A DNA stretch of 58,543 nt from positions 1 to 58,543 of IMG/VR virus record IMGVR_UViG_3300032241_002115; one strand, given 5' to 3'. The stretch comes from a virus (lineage: Duplodnaviria > Caudoviricetes). Made by a program: the position numbers and the translations under genes. Under the pieces are notes generated by a model, which saw only the letters and a list, made by a program, of their open reading frames with translations, did not search any database and was not told the DNA's origin. Positions 54,939 to 58,543 of the stretch are shown piece by piece; positions within the stretch are counted from its first letter, which is position 1, and every line of letters starts with the position of its first letter.

Positions 54939-55450
54939 ATACACCATTGCCATCCAGTGAAACACAGATCATATCCCGTCGTGCCGTAGAGATCATCAAG
55001 ACAACTGCGCCCAAAAAGACTGCAAACGCAGTAAATAAAATTGTTCCCAGCTGGCAGGACGGTGTGGTTGACATTGTTGTACCTGAGGGCGCTGAATATC
55101 TTCTCAAGTATAACTATGGTGAAGAAGAAAAGGCACTTTACTCCAACACTGATCGAGTTATTCCAATCCGTGGATCGGATGGAACTATCGCTTTCAGAAG
55201 ACTAAACCGTAAAGACGTTGGTAGAGTCCCAATCGTAACTCGTGCTCCAGACGATGGTCAGCTTACTGATGGCAAGCCAATGTGGATCAAGCAGGCAACC
55301 CCTGGAGAGTTCTTTATTGAACGCGCTGTTGAACGCAGTACCATGGAATGGGAAAGAGGCCTGAAAGAAGATGACCCCATCAGGATCATCCGTCAAACCA
55401 AGGCTGCTGAGTCTATCAACATCATATTAAACGGCGGTAAGTTGATCTAA
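54935..55450 (+). CDS. neck/tail-completion protein
   Basis: APKKT...YNYG...PGEFFIERA, HK97 gp10-like pattern. Confidence 0.55.
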   Translation: MNTPLPSSETQIISRRAVEIIKTTAPKKTANAVNKIVPSWQDGVVDIVVPEGAEYLLKYNYGEEEKALYSNTDRVIPIRGSDGTIAFRRLNRKDVGRVPIVTRAPDDGQLTDGKPMWIKQATPGEFFIERAVERSTMEWERGLKEDDPIRIIRQTKAAESINIILNGGKLI

Positions 55451-56118
55451 TGTTTGTAACAGCCGTTAAAACAGCTATAGTCGAGGCCCTGAACGCAGGC
55501 TTTCAGCAGCTTGCCAGCTCTCCGGTCAATAACAGCCTGGACCTGGTTCCTAACAGTATAACCATTAACTACCCTTTGCAAGTCGTTCAGTGGCCAGCAA
55601 TACTTGTACAGTTCCGCCCAGGAAAGGTACAATGGTCTGGTCTGCAGCCTGACGAATACACAGCTTATAATAATGGTATTGTTATAAACGGAACAACTTA
55701 TCCTGCTGATACAGTGACACGCACAGGTTATTTTGAAGGCAGCATTGACCTGCAGATCATGGCCATGCACAGTGAAGAACGAGACAGGCTGTGGGATAGT
55801 ATAACAAATCTTATACTAATGAATGGCGGTAGCCCTGCTAGCAGCGCATTCTATAGCAGTATATACAACAACGATCTGGTTGGAATGACGCTGCAGCCCG
55901 ACACCTATACACCTTTAGGTGACAGCATTACCAGTGGCACCCCATGGAGTACAGATGATATCACATATGAAGCCAGTGTGAGAATAAACTGTATTGGTGA
56001 CTTCTACACTAGTAAATATGACTACCAAGTGCCACAGATTACAGAGGTTGTTACTAGTGGCACCGCTTACGTGCCAGCTGAGTTGTTCTACAACTCAACA
56101 AAGACAACTACATCGTAA
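55450..56118 (+). CDS. tail terminator protein
   Basis: YP..WPAILV...ERDRLWD directly before the sheath gene. Confidence 0.6.
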   Translation: MFVTAVKTAIVEALNAGFQQLASSPVNNSLDLVPNSITINYPLQVVQWPAILVQFRPGKVQWSGLQPDEYTAYNNGIVINGTTYPADTVTRTGYFEGSIDLQIMAMHSEERDRLWDSITNLILMNGGSPASSAFYSSIYNNDLVGMTLQPDTYTPLGDSITSGTPWSTDDITYEASVRINCIGDFYTSKYDYQVPQITEVVTSGTAYVPAELFYNSTKTTTS

Positions 56119-56190
56119 GTTTAACCAAATATCTCTCAACCAACACTGTAAAACCAGCTGTTTGTTGTACAAAGCAATGAAGGAGATTGT

Positions 56191-57723
56191 ATGCCTATTA
56201 CTAATTATCAAGTGCCAGGTGTGTATGTCACTCAGACTACATCCGCGCTTACCAGTGTTAGCCCAACCAGCCTTACAATCGCCATTGTCGCTGATCAGGC
56301 TACCCCTGGCACCCAAACAGATACATTTTACGCACCAGTACCTGTCAGTGGTATTACCCTTGGTCAGCTGAGCGTTCCTGCTGTTAACACCAGTTCAACC
56401 AGTACCTATGCCAGCTACTCTGGTTACACCCTGGCCTGGTCAAGCCCCAGTGGTACAACTGTAACAGGAACATACGGAAACAGTTTTACTATCAGCACGA
56501 TCAGCGGAATTAGCTTCCTAACGACCAGTGGTATCACTGCTACTGGTTCTAACGCTATTCCAAGCGGCACGCTGAGCCTGCAGTACGGTCACTTCTGGGG
56601 AGCTTACGGAAGATACACCAGCCAGAACGCAGTAACCACTGCTATTGGTCCAGCTATTAGTGGTACTTCCATCGTGAACCCAGCAGTTCTAGCCAGTCAA
56701 TTGGCCTTCCAGAATGGCGCTAGCGTTGTAAGCATTGTCCCAGTTGTCAGACTTTCTGGTACATCCACCGCCTCAGACACTGACTGGAAGAATACTTTCA
56801 CTCCTGTATCCGGTGGCAGTAACCCAATATTCCTTGCCAATACACCTGCAGATGTTATTGTACCTCTTCACCCACTCACCTCGAGTGGTGCTATGACCAG
56901 TGCAACAGCTGGCACCGTCGCTAGTGGTATTGCAAATTACATCAGCACACAGACCAGCTATGGTGTCTACCAGCGAGCATTCCTGGGCATTGATGGTACT
57001 ACTGCTCAGACAACTGTCAGTGGTTATCAGACTCTGGCCAATAGTTTCAGCACATCTAGAGTCAGTGTTGTCTATCCTCCAGTGGTTAACTTTAACCCTG
57101 GCCTGAACACCACTAATGGTTTGAGCAATGCCACCATCAATATCGCTGGTTACTACATGGCAGCAGCACTGGCAGGTCTATTCGTTGGTCAGCAGCCGGA
57201 TGTAAGCACGCCTATTACCAACAAGCAGGTAATTGGATTCAATGACATCCCCAACCAGATCAACCTAACAGATGCACAGAGCAGCTACCTGCCGTACGGC
57301 GTCCTGGTTGTTCGCAAGAAAACAGATGGAAACTTCTGGGTTCTGCATGGTATCACCACGGATGTAAGCACCTGGCTTTCACGTGAGATCAGCATCAGTG
57401 CTATCGGTGATAGACTCACTCAGCTTATTAGAAGTGACCTTGTAAACAGCTACCTGGTAGGTGGCCCTCTTACCAAGAACACCAGTGCTGCAGTTCTTGC
57501 AACGGTTCAAGCAACACTTACCAACGCATTGAGCAATGGCCTGATTCAGGGCTACCAGAACTTGAGCTTTGCTACTAACCCAGCTACGCCTACAACAATA
57601 ACTGTTAATTTCCAATACGCGCCTACGTTCCCGATTAATTACATCCAGGCTAACGTCAGTCTTAACACTCAGACTGGTCAAGTGGTTTACGGTAACGCTC
57701 AGAGCAACTTCGTAGTTTACTAG
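56191..57723 (+). CDS. tail sheath protein
   Basis: YQVPGVYV N-terminus, AFQNGA, MAAALAG, HGITT, REIS, YAPTFPINYI. Confidence 0.92.
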   Translation: MPITNYQVPGVYVTQTTSALTSVSPTSLTIAIVADQATPGTQTDTFYAPVPVSGITLGQLSVPAVNTSSTSTYASYSGYTLAWSSPSGTTVTGTYGNSFTISTISGISFLTTSGITATGSNAIPSGTLSLQYGHFWGAYGRYTSQNAVTTAIGPAISGTSIVNPAVLASQLAFQNGASVVSIVPVVRLSGTSTASDTDWKNTFTPVSGGSNPIFLANTPADVIVPLHPLTSSGAMTSATAGTVASGIANYISTQTSYGVYQRAFLGIDGTTAQTTVSGYQTLANSFSTSRVSVVYPPVVNFNPGLNTTNGLSNATINIAGYYMAAALAGLFVGQQPDVSTPITNKQVIGFNDIPNQINLTDAQSSYLPYGVLVVRKKTDGNFWVLHGITTDVSTWLSREISISAIGDRLTQLIRSDLVNSYLVGGPLTKNTSAAVLATVQATLTNALSNGLIQGYQNLSFATNPATPTTITVNFQYAPTFPINYIQANVSLNTQTGQVVYGNAQSNFVVY

Positions 57724-57731
57724 GAGAACAC

Positions 57732-58205
57732 ATGGCTAATTCAAAATTCCGTGTAGGTGGTGGGTATACAGCATTTGTATACAATGGACAACCACTGATC
57801 TATGCACAGATGATCAGTGAGGTTGGTCCACAAGCAGTCGCAGCTCCTACACCCATTCAACCTCTAGACAGTCCATACCCAATTGAGATCGCATTCCCAA
57901 TTGCTCTGACTGCTGGAACTCTAGAAATAATGTTCCTGGAACAATGGAATGCTGAAGTCTGGGCACAGCTGGGCGGCAACTTTGCTACTGCCAGTGACCT
58001 TTTGGATGTATTCAAAGCACAGCTGGCCCAGGGTGAAGTAACCTGTGTAAAGGTTATTAATAAGCCAGATGGCACACAGCGTAAAATTGTTTATCAGGGT
58101 TGCGTCGTCACTGGTGTAACCATCGATGAACAGATCAGAATCGATAGTCTTACCATTCCCAAGACTATTCGTATAATGTATCGCTCAAGAAAAGAACTCC
58201 TCTAA
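57732..58205 (+). CDS. tail tube protein
   Basis: 157 aa right after the sheath gene; IQPLD..YPIEI, YQGCVVT. Confidence 0.8.
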   Translation: MANSKFRVGGGYTAFVYNGQPLIYAQMISEVGPQAVAAPTPIQPLDSPYPIEIAFPIALTAGTLEIMFLEQWNAEVWAQLGGNFATASDLLDVFKAQLAQGEVTCVKVINKPDGTQRKIVYQGCVVTGVTIDEQIRIDSLTIPKTIRIMYRSRKELL

Positions 58206-58220
58206 GGAAAGGTAAATACA

Positions 58221-58543
58221 ATGGCTGCTCGTTCATTCGTAATTCAGCTACAGCCTGGAGTCGGTCAAGCTATTCTGCCTGACCACAGAAAGATGCTCCC
58301 AGGTGTTCAGTACACAGTAGACGCAGAGACCTTTGGCAAGATCAGCCTGGGTGCACGTCAGAATGTAATCAAGGTTGTTAGTGTTAACCTGGATGACAGC
58401 AACACCGGCAACGTTACCGCTTCCAGTGGTTCGTTCGTTCTTGCTCAGGCATCTAACGGTCTTAACCTGCAGGCTGCTGGAAGCGGGATCAGCTTCAACA
58501 ACATCCTTACTCAGGTAAGCCCTAACTTAACCAGCTTCAGCAT
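58221..58543 (+). CDS. partial structural protein (runs off the window)
   Basis: AAGGAAAGGT RBS; open frame MAARSFVIQLQPG... Confidence 0.7.
   Translation, partial: MAARSFVIQLQPGVGQAILPDHRKMLPGVQYTVDAETFGKISLGARQNVIKVVSVNLDDSNTGNVTASSGSFVLAQASNGLNLQAAGSGISFNNILTQVSPNLTSFS

Noticed and set aside
7170-58543. Stop-codon reassignment
   Set aside because: Genes tile tightly under code 11, and TAA, TAG and TGA all end genes.

Overview
The window is part of a large tailed-phage genome with a contractile tail (myovirus). Head and tail gene order resembles large Bxz1-like actinophages, so an Actinomycetota host is inferred but not proven. Bases 1-6.6 kb hold a leftward cluster of small hypothetical, early-type genes separated by strong RNA hairpins. 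This cluster contains three perfect bacterial parS centromere sites and two tandem DnaA boxes. After a divergent junction at about 6.9-7.15 kb, every credible gene is on the + strand. First comes a long block of probable capsid-internal or accessory proteins (cupin, ParB/Srx-like, C1 peptidase, Dps, metallophosphoesterase, permuted papain, Zn-finger proteins); many of these genes carry a shared [W/F]-N-x-[R/K]-x-A leader. Within this block is a tRNA island in which tRNA-Asn pieces flank an HNH nuclease that overlaps a second tRNA-Asn, followed by an unusual tRNA-Ile(UAU). Then follow portal, prohead protease, scaffold, decoration protein, major capsid, Gly-X-Gln collagen fibres, a beta-propeller depolymerase candidate, an NlpC/P60 hydrolase, neck proteins, tail sheath and tail tube. 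A recurring TGTAAAA-N15-ACTAG motif looks like a phage-specific late promoter. The three strongest leads are (1) a portable capsid-targeting/protease-cleavage leader fused to unrelated cargo, (2) a host oriC-mimicking parS + DnaA-box cassette, and (3) an HNH element that appears to break a tRNA gene while supplying a replacement. All calls come from motif reading by eye; no database searches were run.
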